A DNA stretch of 59,610 nucleotides from an uncultured virus (IMG/VR IMGVR_UViG_3300020578_005267) (taxonomy: Duplodnaviria; Heunggongvirae; Uroviricota; Caudoviricetes). The position numbers and the translations under genes were made by a program. Positions 1 to 10,648 of this stretch are shown here, piece after piece; the first letter of the stretch is position 1; every line of letters starts with the position of its first letter. The notes under the pieces are model-generated. The model was not told the DNA's origin. It was given only the letters and a program-made list of their open reading frames with translations, and ran no database searches. Location of the stretch: the IMG/VR virus record IMGVR_UViG_3300020578_005267. One strand, written 5' to 3'.

Positions 1-741
1 GAAATACATCAAAGTCATAATTTGCTCCTCCATCGGTAAATTTTCATCTGCATCTTCCAAAACTTTTTTCAAGTAATCTTCGAAAGTTGTTACTAACCAA
101 TTCCAATTTTCTTTTCTTCCACCAAATAGACCACCTATGATATGTATAGATCTGTCATAGCTTGTGTAATATTTTTTATCGACGGTTCCAGACCAATAGT
201 TTCTATCGTTTTCTTTACCTATCATAAAAATTTTATCATCAGTAAATTCTATTAGATTTTTCAAAAAATCATTCTGAAATAAATTTGACTCGTAATACTT
301 TCTCTGTACTCCTTTATCCGTTAGATATTTCAAGGGTATCAAACCACAATGTGACAATCCAGCATCTATCCAATAGTAATGATCATAAGAGCCATCTTCA
401 TTCCACCACCAATGAAACTTCGAGAACTGAACTTCAACACATCTATCAGATTTTCGCACTTGTTCGATATTCTTTTTAGAATTAATTATATTTTTGAATT
501 TAGTCTCGTACAAATCAAAAACTTTAAACTCGATTTTTTTTGGATCAATCTTATGGACATCGTAGAAAAAGATTTCTAGCTCTGACTTTTCATCTTCTGT
601 CGTATAACATACAAAAACAGAGTCTGTCATTTTGAGAAGTGACAATAAACTATATCTGTAATGACTTCCTCTAGCGGGTCTACCACCTAAATCTGTTCCA
701 TTTAATTTTGAATATATTGCTGTTATAAATTTAACTGACAT
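1..741 (-). CDS. HtrL/YibB (WlaTC)-like putative glycosyltransferase, 3'-truncated by the window edge (missing from the ORF track)
   Basis: Manual translation from ATG at 741 (MSVKFITAIYSKL...) is open to position 1. It contains YYWIDAG, IIGGLFGG and EEQIM motifs typical of HtrL_YibB proteins, and its start overlaps the stop of the upstream GT25 gene. Confidence 0.65.
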   Translation of the reverse strand, partial: MSVKFITAIYSKLNGTDLGGRPARGSHYRYSLLSLLKMTDSVFVCYTTEDEKSELEIFFYDVHKIDPKKIEFKVFDLYETKFKNIINSKKNIEQVRKSDRCVEVQFSKFHWWWNEDGSYDHYYWIDAGLSHCGLIPLKYLTDKGVQRKYYESNLFQNDFLKNLIEFTDDKIFMIGKENDRNYWSGTVDKKYYTSYDRSIHIIGGLFGGRKENWNWLVTTFEDYLKKVLEDADENLPMEEQIMTLMYF

Positions 742-1474
742 TATAATCTATGTGTTTTTGTGTACTTTTTATTTCCTCTGTCCTTTCCTGGTATAGGTAA
801 TAATCATCAATTTTTACAGGTGAATATTGGTTCCAATTGTAAACCTGTGTATAATAATTATTATACATTCCATGGGATACGTCGGAATAGGATCTTCTCT
901 GTGGTGCAATGGGCACTATAGGGCAATAACTCTGTTTTATTGGATAAATGAAGTGTGCTAAGTATCCATCAATAGGGTAATAATAATCTCCACTCGTGAA
1001 TGCAGTTGTTGATATATTGAACATTTCGTCGTACACGGACTCGTCATATATCATCATGTTGGTCGCAAAAGTTTCTGCATTGTCATTATTTTTCCTTGGG
1101 GGTAATTCTGTTATATCCAATAGTAGGTTGTATTTTTCACTACGGTTTACGTTCCTATTGAGTGTTGGGGTAACGTTGAAAACTGAAAACTCTATTCCCT
1201 CTATTTGTGATTCTAATTTTTCTAAGAATGATTTGGCATAAGGCATGAATATACAATCATCTTCAATTACCATAACCCTCTTGTATCCTCTGTCCTTTGC
1301 AATTTTGATACATTCCAAATGTGATAAAGTACAACCCATATAACTGTTTCTGTTTATTGCACTAAACCTTTCATAGGACCAACCAATATAATTCATCTCT
1401 TTGTTTATGAGTGATAAATTTTCAGGTCTATGGTCAAGATTTATAACAAACTTAGCTAATTCTGAAAATTTCAT
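731..1474 (-). CDS. GT25 family glycosyltransferase
   Basis: VINLDHRPE, GCTLSH and VIEDD motifs of GT25. Confidence 0.75.
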   Translation of the reverse strand: MKFSELAKFVINLDHRPENLSLINKEMNYIGWSYERFSAINRNSYMGCTLSHLECIKIAKDRGYKRVMVIEDDCIFMPYAKSFLEKLESQIEGIEFSVFNVTPTLNRNVNRSEKYNLLLDITELPPRKNNDNAETFATNMMIYDESVYDEMFNISTTAFTSGDYYYPIDGYLAHFIYPIKQSYCPIVPIAPQRRSYSDVSHGMYNNYYTQVYNWNQYSPVKIDDYYLYQERTEEIKSTQKHIDYNVS

Positions 1475-2739
1475 TAGCTTACATGATTGTGAGTAAGTTG
1501 TCCTGTTAATCTCTCACACCATCCTTTTGATTCTGAGTGAGGCCAAACCACCCAATACGATGGCATAAAATCTGTCTGAAATTCTCTCCAAATTTTACAA
1601 TATTTGTCAGGATCTCTGAAATAACCTTGTATTTCATTTTTGTCTGAGTCTTTCCTAAAAAGTGTTTCATCGTTAGGACCGTGGAATGCAACTACCCAAA
1701 AATCATAATCCTTTTCAGGTACTCTGTCGTATCCAATATCGATACAGTGTTTGTAAAGTTTAGTGAAATCATTTTTCCAATCTTCTTCAGTTGCGTAGTT
1801 GTAAGGATTTGGAGGATAATTTTTATCTAAAGTGTATTTTTGTACTGATCTTTTCTCAAATAAAATACCGGCATATTTCTCATATTCTTTTAATGTTCTT
1901 ATAGGTCCAAACCCATAAGGTCCATCATGACCTTCTTGAGTTTCACCGTCCATACCGAATAATCTTCTATTTGTCAAATGACTTTTTTGGTTTTTTTTAA
2001 CCCATTCTTTGTCATCGTCCCATTGCTTAGTCCTACCTTTACGAGTGTATTCGTGATATACTACTGGAATGTGTGGGTGAAACAAATCATATCCCCACGT
2101 ATATGCTCTCGCAGCAATAGAGATTTCCTCTCCATGGAAATAGTATTCGGGATTGTGTTGAACTTCAACTGAGAACTTACCCAAAGTGAAACAAAAATGA
2201 GCGGAATAAAATCTTGAGGTAACGGGTTTTTTCATTTCTCTCCAACCTGGTATTGTCTCAGGTAGAAAAAAAACAGCACCCTCTGGAATAAACCTATCAA
2301 ACGCCATTCTCCAAGCATCTTGAGCTCTCCCCGCAGGATCGTTGTCAGGGTCGAAGGAAGGTATGTAGCCCGTAAGTAGAGGCTTCTTATACCCATCCTT
2401 CTGTAGACCCTTTATCATTTTGATTAAGATATCATCCCAATCCTTTATAAATCTCATGTGTGAGTCAATTTGTAATGTATAAGTCTCACCATCATATAGT
2501 TGTTGTACCAAATGTCTCGCCCAACAAACTCCTTTAGCTTCTTGGTATGGTATATCTAAAATTTTAAATCTCTTGTCGGATCTAAATTCGTCTAAGTTGT
2601 CAAATCCATCTGTTTCATTGAACTGTCTAGCAATACCCAAAACTAAATTTTTGGGTCTTTTTGCATTTGCTAGCATGTCTTTAATTGTTGGAACTAATTG
2701 TGGATCTCTGTATGAGGCTATTTGTACATAAATTTTCAT
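1474..2739 (-). CDS. GT60 family polypeptide/hydroxyproline alpha-GlcNAc transferase-like protein
   Basis: IYVQIASYRDP, YTLQIDSHMRF and FHGEE motifs of the Skp1 GlcNAc-transferase (Gnt1) family. Start moved to ATG 2739 because the longer ORF runs through a terminator. Confidence 0.8.
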   Translation of the reverse strand: MKIYVQIASYRDPQLVPTIKDMLANAKRPKNLVLGIARQFNETDGFDNLDEFRSDKRFKILDIPYQEAKGVCWARHLVQQLYDGETYTLQIDSHMRFIKDWDDILIKMIKGLQKDGYKKPLLTGYIPSFDPDNDPAGRAQDAWRMAFDRFIPEGAVFFLPETIPGWREMKKPVTSRFYSAHFCFTLGKFSVEVQHNPEYYFHGEEISIAARAYTWGYDLFHPHIPVVYHEYTRKGRTKQWDDDKEWVKKNQKSHLTNRRLFGMDGETQEGHDGPYGFGPIRTLKEYEKYAGILFEKRSVQKYTLDKNYPPNPYNYATEEDWKNDFTKLYKHCIDIGYDRVPEKDYDFWVVAFHGPNDETLFRKDSDKNEIQGYFRDPDKYCKIWREFQTDFMPSYWVVWPHSESKGWCERLTGQLTHNHVS

Positions 2740-2754
2740 TAAAATATATTTTTT

Positions 2755-2790
2755 TAAAAAATAAAAAACCCTCTTGATAAGTGGAGGGTT
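2755..2790 (-). terminator. Rho-independent terminator after the LamG/PT protein
   Basis: AACCCTC/GAGGGTT stem followed by a T-tract on the minus strand. Confidence 0.7.
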
Positions 2791-2843
2791 CAATAAAAAA
2801 TATTGAAAATGATTACACTTGGGTTACTGTTACTACGAAGCCA

Positions 2844-5615
2844 TTACAATCCGTATCTAGATTTTGTATTATTATATTCATCCAAAATTTCAGATGTAGT
2901 TCTTAATGATTTGTAAATTCTGAATTGACCTAAATTGGCATCCATAAAATATGAATTCCCCCCAATTGACCCAATCCACCAAGTTTGGTTGGTTCCTATA
3001 TTCGCTACTGGTGTTCCTCCACTTGCAGTTGCTATTTCGGTACCATTCTTGTAAAACTTAATAGTTCTATTTGTTTTATCAAAAACATATGCAATATGTT
3101 GCCACTGATTTTCAGTAATTGTATTTATTGCCGTTGATTGTGTCCCACCAGCACTACCATTACCCGCTTCAAAATTCATTGTCCGATTTGTTGTTTCCCA
3201 ATTATTCCAAGCCATTTTGAATCCGTTTGTTGCAGTGTTGGCACCGCAATTGGACATCAAAGTATTTATGCTGTATTCGGTTCTTGGATATACCCAAGCT
3301 GTTGTTGTAATTGTATTTCCAAAATTATAACTATTAAATGAAATTTTATCAGTACCACCATCGAAATTAAAGACACCTTGAGCCGTTGCACTTTCATATG
3401 CAACACCGCTCAATGTACCACTGGTCCCTGAGACGTTACCATCTGTTCCAATATTTGTTAATACTGTTCCCGTTCCAGGATACGATGATGTATTACCTGG
3501 GTCATAATATATTGCAGCAGTATTTGTGTATCCTGTATTAGTTGGAGTAGGGGTATTTGTATTAGTTGGAGTAGGGGTATTTGTATTAGTTGGAGTTAGA
3601 GTTTGTGTTTGACTTGCAGTAATACTTGGAGTTGGAGTATTTGTTGAAGTACTCGTATTTGTCGGTGTTTGGGTTTGGCTAGCTGTTATAGAAGGTGTCG
3701 GTGTTTGTGTATTGGTCGGGGTTTGTGTAGGTGTTTCAGTATTAGTAGGTGTAGGAGTCGAAGTTAACGTCGTTGTAGTTGTTGGCGTATTAGTTGGAGT
3801 CGAAGTTAACGTCGTTGTGGTTGTTGGAGTTGGTGTTGTTGTTGGTGTACTAGTCACCGTTGGAGTGTTAGTAGATGTTTGAGTTACAGATGGGGTATTA
3901 GTTGCTGTGGGTGTTGGAGTTGGTGTTGGGCAAATGTAGTTTGCAGAACTATTATTGTAATTTTGACCAATTTGGCCAAGTGTTAAGGATGTGGTGTAAA
4001 TTTCTAAACTCCCCATTCTGAAATTACCAAATGTACCATCACCCATATTTGTTCCATCTGAGTGTGCAACTGCATAATATAAACCACTACCAGCATTATA
4101 TGGGGCCAATCTATTAAACGATACTGAACCCGCAGAAACACCATTAACATATGCTGTTAAAGTTGTTCCATTGTAAGTCATACCAACATAATACCAATTG
4201 TTTAGTGGTGTTGAAATACTTGATGTTACACTTCCTATAGCAAGTCCATTCCACATTCCAAATTTTAATACCCCTCCAACCATCTCAATTTGAGAGTCGT
4301 GCCATCCAGCAAATGAATTTGGAGTTCCAATCTCTGAAAGTATTACCCCGTTGCCCGTAGGATAAACCCACATAAATATTGATGTAATCTCAGACTTATT
4401 AGGAGATACCCCCGAGAAGAATGATTGTAGGTCACTGTTGGTGTAAATGTATTGATTAACTCCGTCAAAATTCAAATAGGTTCCACAACCAGTACTACCA
4501 CTTGATGGAGAATTTACCAATGTCCCATTACTATTTCCCTCCAAATCAAAAACAGTGGAAGTCCCCGAATATGAAATAGGGTTAGAAAAATCCCAATACA
4601 ATATTCTACTTGGTGATGTGTTTGTACTTGTTGGTGTTTGAGTAGGTGTTGTTGTTGGCGTTGAGGTTTCTGTATTTGTTGGAGTTACGGTACTTGTTGG
4701 TGTTTCAGTATTAGTAGGTGTAACAGTGTTTGTTGGAGTCTCTGTATTTGTTGGTGTTACGGTACTTGTTGGTGTTTCAGTATTAGTAGGTGTATTTGTT
4801 GGAGTTGGTGTTTCAGTGTTTGTTGGAGTTGGTGTTTCAGTATTAGTAGGTGTATTTGTTGGGGTTTCTGTTGGAGTTTCTGTTGGAGTTTCAGTTGGAG
4901 TTTCAGTGTTAGTTGGTGTTTGAGTTGATGTCTCCGTAGGAGTATTTGTAGGAGTTTCAGTATTAGTAGGTGTCTGAGTTGGAGTTTCTGTTGGAGTTTC
5001 AGTTGGAGTTTCAGTGTTAGTTGGTGTTTGAGTTGATGTCTCCGTAGGAGTATTTGTAGGAGTTTCAGTGTTAGTTGGTGTTTGAGTTGGAGTTTCTGTT
5101 GGTGTATTTGTGGGCGTTAATGTTGGAGTCTCAGTCGGAGTGTTTGACGGAGTTTCAGTTGCTGTTAAAGTTGTAGTTGTTGTTGGAGTGGGTGTTTCAG
5201 TTGGAGTTTGTGTAGGAGTTTGAGTATTTGTTGGTGTTTGAGTTGGTGTTGAGGTTTCAGTAGATGAAGGTGTGTTGGTTGCCGTTTGAGTTGGTGTTTC
5301 AGTCGGCGTTCCAGTAGGGGTTTCCGTCGGTGTTGCGGATATAGTTGTTGTCGGTGTTGGGGTCTGTGTTGTCGTTGGAGTTGTAGTTGGCGTTGGAGTT
5401 GGACATATTTCGGGACTAATATCAACCACAAATGTATTATCAACAGAGGGTACATAAACGAAACAAGTACCATAATCACTTTCAGTTGTGAATTGAAAAG
5501 AAATAATCTGTTGTCCCAAATCAGTTGTGACGTTATTGTTATCCAAAAATTTTGCAAAACAAACACGCCCATCGTATATCTCACTCGAAATCGTTATGTA
5601 TCTGATTTGTCCCAT
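2844..5615 (-). CDS. Mucin-like Thr/Pro-rich protein with two LamG/ConA-like domains (putative virion fibre or decoration protein)
   Basis: Two long PT/TPT repeat tracts alternate with two LamG-like domains ([11 protein letters not shown]...NFDG...[10 protein letters not shown]...YVNG and [15 protein letters not shown]...WQHIAYVFD...YKNG). Confidence 0.75.
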   Translation of the reverse strand: MGQIRYITISSEIYDGRVCFAKFLDNNNVTTDLGQQIISFQFTTESDYGTCFVYVPSVDNTFVVDISPEICPTPTPTTTPTTTQTPTPTTTISATPTETPTGTPTETPTQTATNTPSSTETSTPTQTPTNTQTPTQTPTETPTPTTTTTLTATETPSNTPTETPTLTPTNTPTETPTQTPTNTETPTNTPTETSTQTPTNTETPTETPTETPTQTPTNTETPTNTPTETSTQTPTNTETPTETPTETPTETPTNTPTNTETPTPTNTETPTPTNTPTNTETPTSTVTPTNTETPTNTVTPTNTETPTSTVTPTNTETSTPTTTPTQTPTSTNTSPSRILYWDFSNPISYSGTSTVFDLEGNSNGTLVNSPSSGSTGCGTYLNFDGVNQYIYTNSDLQSFFSGVSPNKSEITSIFMWVYPTGNGVILSEIGTPNSFAGWHDSQIEMVGGVLKFGMWNGLAIGSVTSSISTPLNNWYYVGMTYNGTTLTAYVNGVSAGSVSFNRLAPYNAGSGLYYAVAHSDGTNMGDGTFGNFRMGSLEIYTTSLTLGQIGQNYNNSSANYICPTPTPTPTATNTPSVTQTSTNTPTVTSTPTTTPTPTTTTTLTSTPTNTPTTTTTLTSTPTPTNTETPTQTPTNTQTPTPSITASQTQTPTNTSTSTNTPTPSITASQTQTLTPTNTNTPTPTNTNTPTPTNTGYTNTAAIYYDPGNTSSYPGTGTVLTNIGTDGNVSGTSGTLSGVAYESATAQGVFNFDGGTDKISFNSYNFGNTITTTAWVYPRTEYSINTLMSNCGANTATNGFKMAWNNWETTNRTMNFEAGNGSAGGTQSTAINTITENQWQHIAYVFDKTNRTIKFYKNGTEIATASGGTPVANIGTNQTWWIGSIGGNSYFMDANLGQFRIYKSLRTTSEILDEYNNTKSRYGL
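3535..3597. repeat. 24-nt tandem repeat encoding (TPTNTNTP)n
   Basis: About 2.6 copies of GTATTAGTTGGAGTAGGGGTATTT. Confidence 0.7.
4870..5069. repeat. 108-nt-period duplication within the PT tract
   Basis: TCTCCGTAGGAGTATTTGTAGGAGTTTCAGT occurs at 4931 and 5039, each inside a ~90-nt identical block. Confidence 0.75.
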
Positions 5616-5617
5616 TC

Positions 5618-6832
5618 TTAACAGATTCTAACTCCATTGATTATACCAACTTGCCATAGTGTTTGATCACTACAAGTTATCGTTTTATCGTTACTCAAAC
5701 CAACCACCGTAACCAACTTTTTACTCGTTAGATCTACAAACTCGGGTGTTGTTCCATTCCATGCAGATATTCCAAGTTGTGTTGCAACCTCATCAATCCT
5801 ACATGCAATTCCTATAGTGTTACCTCCGGCAAAACATAATCCGATAATCTTATCCACACCACCTATTTTTGCAATCAACGCAGATCCTGAATCACCAGGA
5901 TATATCGGATATAGACAATCGGGGTTTGGTCTTGTAAATGAAATACAATTATTGAAATATGCCACAGTTGACACACCTTGTTGTTTATAACCACTTACCC
6001 CAGTAACATAATTAATACCCTGTATTGTAAGACCACATAATGCACCTTGTTTCACACCAGTTGATCTTCCACTGCTTGACCCTGATGTGTTTCCTACAAG
6101 TGCGTCGATTTCAGACGTTGTTGCAAATGGCATAACTGATGTTCCTGACAAACCGAATTGTTTAAATGATTCAGAATCTGACATTACAGATTGGGATATT
6201 GAAATCATTGCACCATCTACTTGATTATAAAAAGGTGGTTCCGATATCGGCACGTACCTCAAAACTTCTCCAATCTTAAGTGATGATGTTGAGGGTTGGA
6301 AATCACCTGATTGATAGGCATTATCCGAACTCTCATTTTGTATAATACCTGTTGGTGATCTGAAATTGGCGTAGTATGCATCGGCAATCACGACGTGATT
6401 ATTTGTTATACCAACCAAAGCACCAGTAACAGTATCCACGGCCAAAAAACCTAAAGTTCCCACATAACCCTGTAGGTTTTGTGATGTTAGAGATACACCA
6501 CCTTTCAAAGGTCTTATTGTTTGTCTGTTTTGTGGTGGAGTTGACTGCCAAGAATAACAAGCACTTGTGATACTTGACGGACAAGCAAATGCCCTAATCT
6601 CACCAGTCTCAAAAACATCAGTCTTGAAAACTCTACCGTCGATCTCAACTTCAGAGGGCAAAATTTCGTCCGGTGATAACTCAGATAAAGGTTTCTTTTT
6701 TTCTACCGTGAATACAATACTTTCCTCGCCAGTGTATTCACCGTTAGTTATCTTATTACCAAGCATCACTCCAACACCCTCAGGTGTGGTTTGGAATAAT
6801 TCCTCAATCTTACTTTTTATTTGTTCTTCCAT
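5618..6832 (-). CDS. S1 (chymotrypsin-like) serine protease with N-terminal prodomain
   Basis: Catalytic triad motifs TNNHV, VDGA and PGDSGSA. Start moved to ATG 6832, adjacent to the upstream stop. Confidence 0.75.
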   Translation of the reverse strand: MEEQIKSKIEELFQTTPEGVGVMLGNKITNGEYTGEESIVFTVEKKKPLSELSPDEILPSEVEIDGRVFKTDVFETGEIRAFACPSSITSACYSWQSTPPQNRQTIRPLKGGVSLTSQNLQGYVGTLGFLAVDTVTGALVGITNNHVVIADAYYANFRSPTGIIQNESSDNAYQSGDFQPSTSSLKIGEVLRYVPISEPPFYNQVDGAMISISQSVMSDSESFKQFGLSGTSVMPFATTSEIDALVGNTSGSSSGRSTGVKQGALCGLTIQGINYVTGVSGYKQQGVSTVAYFNNCISFTRPNPDCLYPIYPGDSGSALIAKIGGVDKIIGLCFAGGNTIGIACRIDEVATQLGISAWNGTTPEFVDLTSKKLVTVVGLSNDKTITCSDQTLWQVGIINGVRIC

Positions 6833-6833
6833 A

Positions 6834-9029
6834 TTATAAAATATCAAATCCCATGAATAGAGTATTAGGTCCAACCACAGGTGTATTTGTCGGGCTTGGG
6901 GTTATAGATGGTGTGAGACTTTTAGTAGGAGTATTTGTTGGGGTAGTAGTTGGGTTAGGTGTGGGTGTCGGTGTCAATCCTGTTGTTACTGTTGGTGTTG
7001 GTGTGGTTGTTGGTGTGGTTGTAATGGTTGGAGTGTTTGAAGGCGAAACAGTAATTGTTGGTGTGGGTGTAGGGTTATCGCAGTATTCTTCATAATAAAA
7101 ATCATCTAATAAAATTGCACAACTCGGACAAGCTGGATCATACATTGAGAACGCGTCCTTCAATAATATGAAGTTATGCCTAATCTCAGGTTGAGATAAC
7201 GGTTCAATGTAGAATCTGAATTGTGATATTCCACCTTCAAAAGTTCCTGCGAAATATCTCTCGAGTAATATATCAGTGGTAAGTCCTGAAAGACTCGTTC
7301 CACTCAGAATATTATTTGGGAAACACTCAGGATCTTGTTGGTATGTCAATCCCGTGAGTGTTTGTGGGCACGCTGTGAACGTTAAGTTTTCATGTAACCC
7401 TTGAGTGCCTCCACCCCATGACATGTTGAATGGAACACCAACTTGTCTTTGTTTAGGGGTGTTTAAAGCTCTCGGTATAATTTCCTCGACATCCTCCACA
7501 ACAAAGAATCTTCGACCATTTACCGATATGATAAGTTGTCCCTTTCTAAACTTAGCCGTATCAAGCCATTTTTCATTCAGAACAACTTTTTCTTCTGAAG
7601 GTATCGTGATTCCACTATGGGTTATTGGTGGTTCAATAATAGGAATCGTATACTTTTCCAAATCTGGTGGATATACTAATGTTGTTATCTGACCAAGTCC
7701 TCCAAGATATTCCAAATCACAAGTATCCAACCATTCATATCTTTTCCATGTAACATCTACTTGAACCCAGTGTTCTTGTGTATCATAAGTTGTACCTGAG
7801 CAATTATCCCAAATGCCTTTTGGTGAACAATATTCATTTATTGTATATCCTGTGACATAAGTGATTCCTGAGGTCTCACAAGCACCTGTAATTTCACAAC
7901 CTCCAGTAATCACTAAGGTTCTAACACAAATTTTTGGATTACTTGGATCACCAGAAAATTTTACGGCTAAAGCATTCGACATTGAATCAAATAAAGGATC
8001 AGCATCTTCATCAGGAATTATTTTGTCTTCACAACCACATTCTGTAGTATTTTCTTTGTAACATTCCAATGGGCCTAATGTAAAGCCTGAAAGTGGGTAG
8101 ATTGTTGTACAATTGAAATCAATAGGAATATCGGACCCATTACATAATTCAATTTCTGTTGTATCGACTAAACCACATAGACATGATTCACATAAAGTAA
8201 GTGCGGAGGTAACACGAGTATATCCACTATCTGATTTTGGATGACCACTTGCGAAGTGATAGAACTTATTCTCAGCTCGTGTTCCAATATAAAAAAATAT
8301 ATTCTTGTTGTCAGGGTAATATCCGTTTAAAGTAGTAAATCCTGATTCAGGGATATATTCGTTTTCTAATCTCGGCTTCAACAAAAACTCTGCGGTCCAA
8401 CCTAAATGCATTCTTTCGGGTAAAATATCGTAATCGTATCCGAACAATTTATAAAATCCTTGGTAAAAGCCACCATAAAGCTCTTCATATCTACCTGTTG
8501 TAGTGCCAGTCACTGATAAGATTTCGTACAGGGTTTGAGCAGATATTCCTGAGAATTCTAAGTTAGATCTTGTATTACCCGTAACTTGAATAAATTTCAT
8601 TCTCCTATCAACATATAATCTATCGAATTTGCGGTCGTCAGTAAAAAAACCATTTGTATAATTCAAAGTTTCACCTGTCATCTGATCTACTAATCCGTTA
8701 TCTATCCCCGTCAGACCTACATCGCACACAGTCCCTGCAGTTACGCAATCCAAATCGAATGATCCTGTATAATAATTTAAAGAAACTAATGTATTATCAG
8801 GGTTGTAATCACCGTACTCCAAGTTGAACTTTTGTGTGCAGTTTGAATCGTTGAGATCCAAATAAACTGGCAATTTGTCTCCAAATGTTTCTGCAATCAA
8901 ATACGGAGAAAATACAACTTCTTCGTTATAGTTTTTTTCATCCGATGCCAAACAGAGATCTGTTATTTCATTAACAGGTTTTAGATACCATTTCCTGAAG
9001 TTATATTGATTTATGTTTTGGTATGCCAT
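6834..9029 (-). CDS. Cys-rich putative structural protein with LamG-like segment and C-terminal PT tract
   Basis: 731-aa ORF with an FEGGISQFRFYIEPLS LamG-like end motif and a ~70-aa PT tail; preceded by TATTTATC. Confidence 0.55.
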   Translation of the reverse strand: MAYQNINQYNFRKWYLKPVNEITDLCLASDEKNYNEEVVFSPYLIAETFGDKLPVYLDLNDSNCTQKFNLEYGDYNPDNTLVSLNYYTGSFDLDCVTAGTVCDVGLTGIDNGLVDQMTGETLNYTNGFFTDDRKFDRLYVDRRMKFIQVTGNTRSNLEFSGISAQTLYEILSVTGTTTGRYEELYGGFYQGFYKLFGYDYDILPERMHLGWTAEFLLKPRLENEYIPESGFTTLNGYYPDNKNIFFYIGTRAENKFYHFASGHPKSDSGYTRVTSALTLCESCLCGLVDTTEIELCNGSDIPIDFNCTTIYPLSGFTLGPLECYKENTTECGCEDKIIPDEDADPLFDSMSNALAVKFSGDPSNPKICVRTLVITGGCEITGACETSGITYVTGYTINEYCSPKGIWDNCSGTTYDTQEHWVQVDVTWKRYEWLDTCDLEYLGGLGQITTLVYPPDLEKYTIPIIEPPITHSGITIPSEEKVVLNEKWLDTAKFRKGQLIISVNGRRFFVVEDVEEIIPRALNTPKQRQVGVPFNMSWGGGTQGLHENLTFTACPQTLTGLTYQQDPECFPNNILSGTSLSGLTTDILLERYFAGTFEGGISQFRFYIEPLSQPEIRHNFILLKDAFSMYDPACPSCAILLDDFYYEEYCDNPTPTPTITVSPSNTPTITTTPTTTPTPTVTTGLTPTPTPNPTTTPTNTPTKSLTPSITPSPTNTPVVGPNTLFMGFDIL

Positions 9030-9036
9030 GATTAAT

Positions 9037-9064
9037 GATAAATACCTGATTGAAAGTATTTATA
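9037..9064. promoter_or_regulatory. Back-to-back divergent TATTTAT(A/C) elements (putative late promoters)
   Basis: TATTTATC on the minus strand (9037-9044) and TATTTATA on the plus strand (9057-9064) in a 49-nt gap between divergent genes. Confidence 0.55.
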
Positions 9065-9078
9065 GTTAAAAAAACAGG

Positions 9079-9897
9079 ATGATTCCCATAGACAAAGAAC
9101 TGTATTCGAACCCATATTACTTCTTATTAAGAGATAAGGGTAACAAATATTCCCTCTATTTTTCGGTAGAGAACACAATCTCTGAAGCCAGAAAAAAAGA
9201 TGAGAAAATAGACTTTGACAAAAAACAAGGAGATAAAGTGAGAAAACATTTATTAAAAGTAGCAAAAGAAAAAAAAGTCAAAACTACTAAAGATCTCAAG
9301 GGAGAATTAGAAGAACTTGTAACTGCAGACGGATCTATGGCAAATTCGAAGGTACCAATTTTAGATCCAAGAATGCACCCGAAAAAAACTATGGATCAGA
9401 CAGTTCCGGCAGCTAGAATAACAAACGATCCCATATCAAGAGGGTATAGAGTGTATTATGGTGAATCTGTCGAAGAAATCGAAGAGGAGGATTTATCTAA
9501 AGCTTTTGGTTATGAAGAAACCTCGGGAAAAACACCCAATCAAACGATAAAAATTTTGAGGAAGATGGGTGTTGATAATCCGATTGAAAGAGCTGATGAG
9601 ATGGGAAAGACGGTAAAGTTGGATAAGAAAAAGAAAAAAGGTTCTTTTATTAGACAACGAATCACGGAAAAGAGTAAGATTGAAGAGATTCAAAGACAGA
9701 AGATGTTAAAGGTTGTCGAGGATATTTTGATGAAGAACAAAGAGTCAAATAGGTCTGATATTGTAAAAAGACAAAATGATTCTGAGGATGAATCTATTTC
9801 TGTTATTAAGAAAAACATAAAATCTTTGGTCAATCAAGCAAGGAGAAACGGGATGTCAAAAAAAGACATTATAAAATTATTAGAAAGTGAACAGTGA
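9079..9897 (+). CDS. Hypothetical phage protein (Lys-rich)
   Basis: 272-aa ORF, first gene of a tightly packed plus-strand operon. Confidence 0.7.
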   Translation: MIPIDKELYSNPYYFLLRDKGNKYSLYFSVENTISEARKKDEKIDFDKKQGDKVRKHLLKVAKEKKVKTTKDLKGELEELVTADGSMANSKVPILDPRMHPKKTMDQTVPAARITNDPISRGYRVYYGESVEEIEEEDLSKAFGYEETSGKTPNQTIKILRKMGVDNPIERADEMGKTVKLDKKKKKGSFIRQRITEKSKIEEIQRQKMLKVVEDILMKNKESNRSDIVKRQNDSEDESISVIKKNIKSLVNQARRNGMSKKDIIKLLESEQ

Positions 9898-10348
9898 TCT
9901 TTATAACAAAAGGGTAAAATTCCCTGAAGAAATGAAAGAACACATGAAGTCTTCTTTCAAATCAGTTCAAGATGCGAATCAGTATTCTGAAGGGTATAAT
10001 CGTAATCAAGAGCTGCAAGAACAATCTTCAGTTACCTATCAACAATTGAAGAGGATTAAAAACTTCTTCGATACTTTCAAAGGTAAGCCGAGTGAAGAAT
10101 CTTATGTTCTAAACGGAGGAGAAAAAATGAAAGGATGGGTTAACGGAGCACTGAGATTTTTGAGAGATTCAAACTACAACACCAAACATAACAAATCAGA
10201 AACAGGAATGCAAAATCAACATATTGATAATCATGAAAAAGATTATACAAATGTTAGACCTTCAAAAAAACACAAATCCACACTACAGAAGTATGATTCC
10301 GCAGTTACTGAAAGCCTTAAAAGAATAAACCACTTAATGAATAGATAA
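9887..10348 (+). CDS. Hypothetical phage protein
   Basis: 153-aa ORF overlapping the upstream stop; C-terminal VTESLKRINHLM motif. Confidence 0.7.
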   Translation: MNSDLYNKRVKFPEEMKEHMKSSFKSVQDANQYSEGYNRNQELQEQSSVTYQQLKRIKNFFDTFKGKPSEESYVLNGGEKMKGWVNGALRFLRDSNYNTKHNKSETGMQNQHIDNHEKDYTNVRPSKKHKSTLQKYDSAVTESLKRINHLMNR

Positions 10349-10351
10349 CTT

Positions 10352-10648
10352 ATGGCAGATTTACCATTAGATTTTAGTCAAGACGTTAATAATCAACTGA
10401 CAGCTATCGCAGATCTTGAAAGAAAAAAACTTATAACAAAAAATGACTACGACGGGGAAAAAGTAATTTACTCAGTCAACAGTCCCAATGCAATAGCAGA
10501 TGGGGATGATTTGGGTAGGGGTACAGGTATTTTTCTTGATGTATACAATGAAAATGCTGGAACGGGAATAGATGTCAACGAAAGAAAGAATGAAATCAAG
10601 ATTAACAAATACAATTCATCTAAACCTTATCCTAACTTTGCAATTTGA
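10352..10648 (+). CDS. Hypothetical phage protein
   Basis: 98-aa ORF in operon. Confidence 0.7.
   Translation: MADLPLDFSQDVNNQLTAIADLERKKLITKNDYDGEKVIYSVNSPNAIADGDDLGRGTGIFLDVYNENAGTGIDVNERKNEIKINKYNSSKPYPNFAI

Noticed and set aside
2813..2863. Alternative-frame tail [16 protein letters not shown] overlapping the end of the LamG gene (possible relic C-terminus or frameshift product)
   Set aside because: Too short to distinguish from chance, and no clear slippery site
3530..5400. Repeat tracts as a CRISPR array, and the Val/Gly-rich or Gln/His-rich ORFs over them
   Set aside because: The repeats are in-frame codons for Thr/Pro with no unique spacers; the overlapping ORFs are shadows of the PT tract
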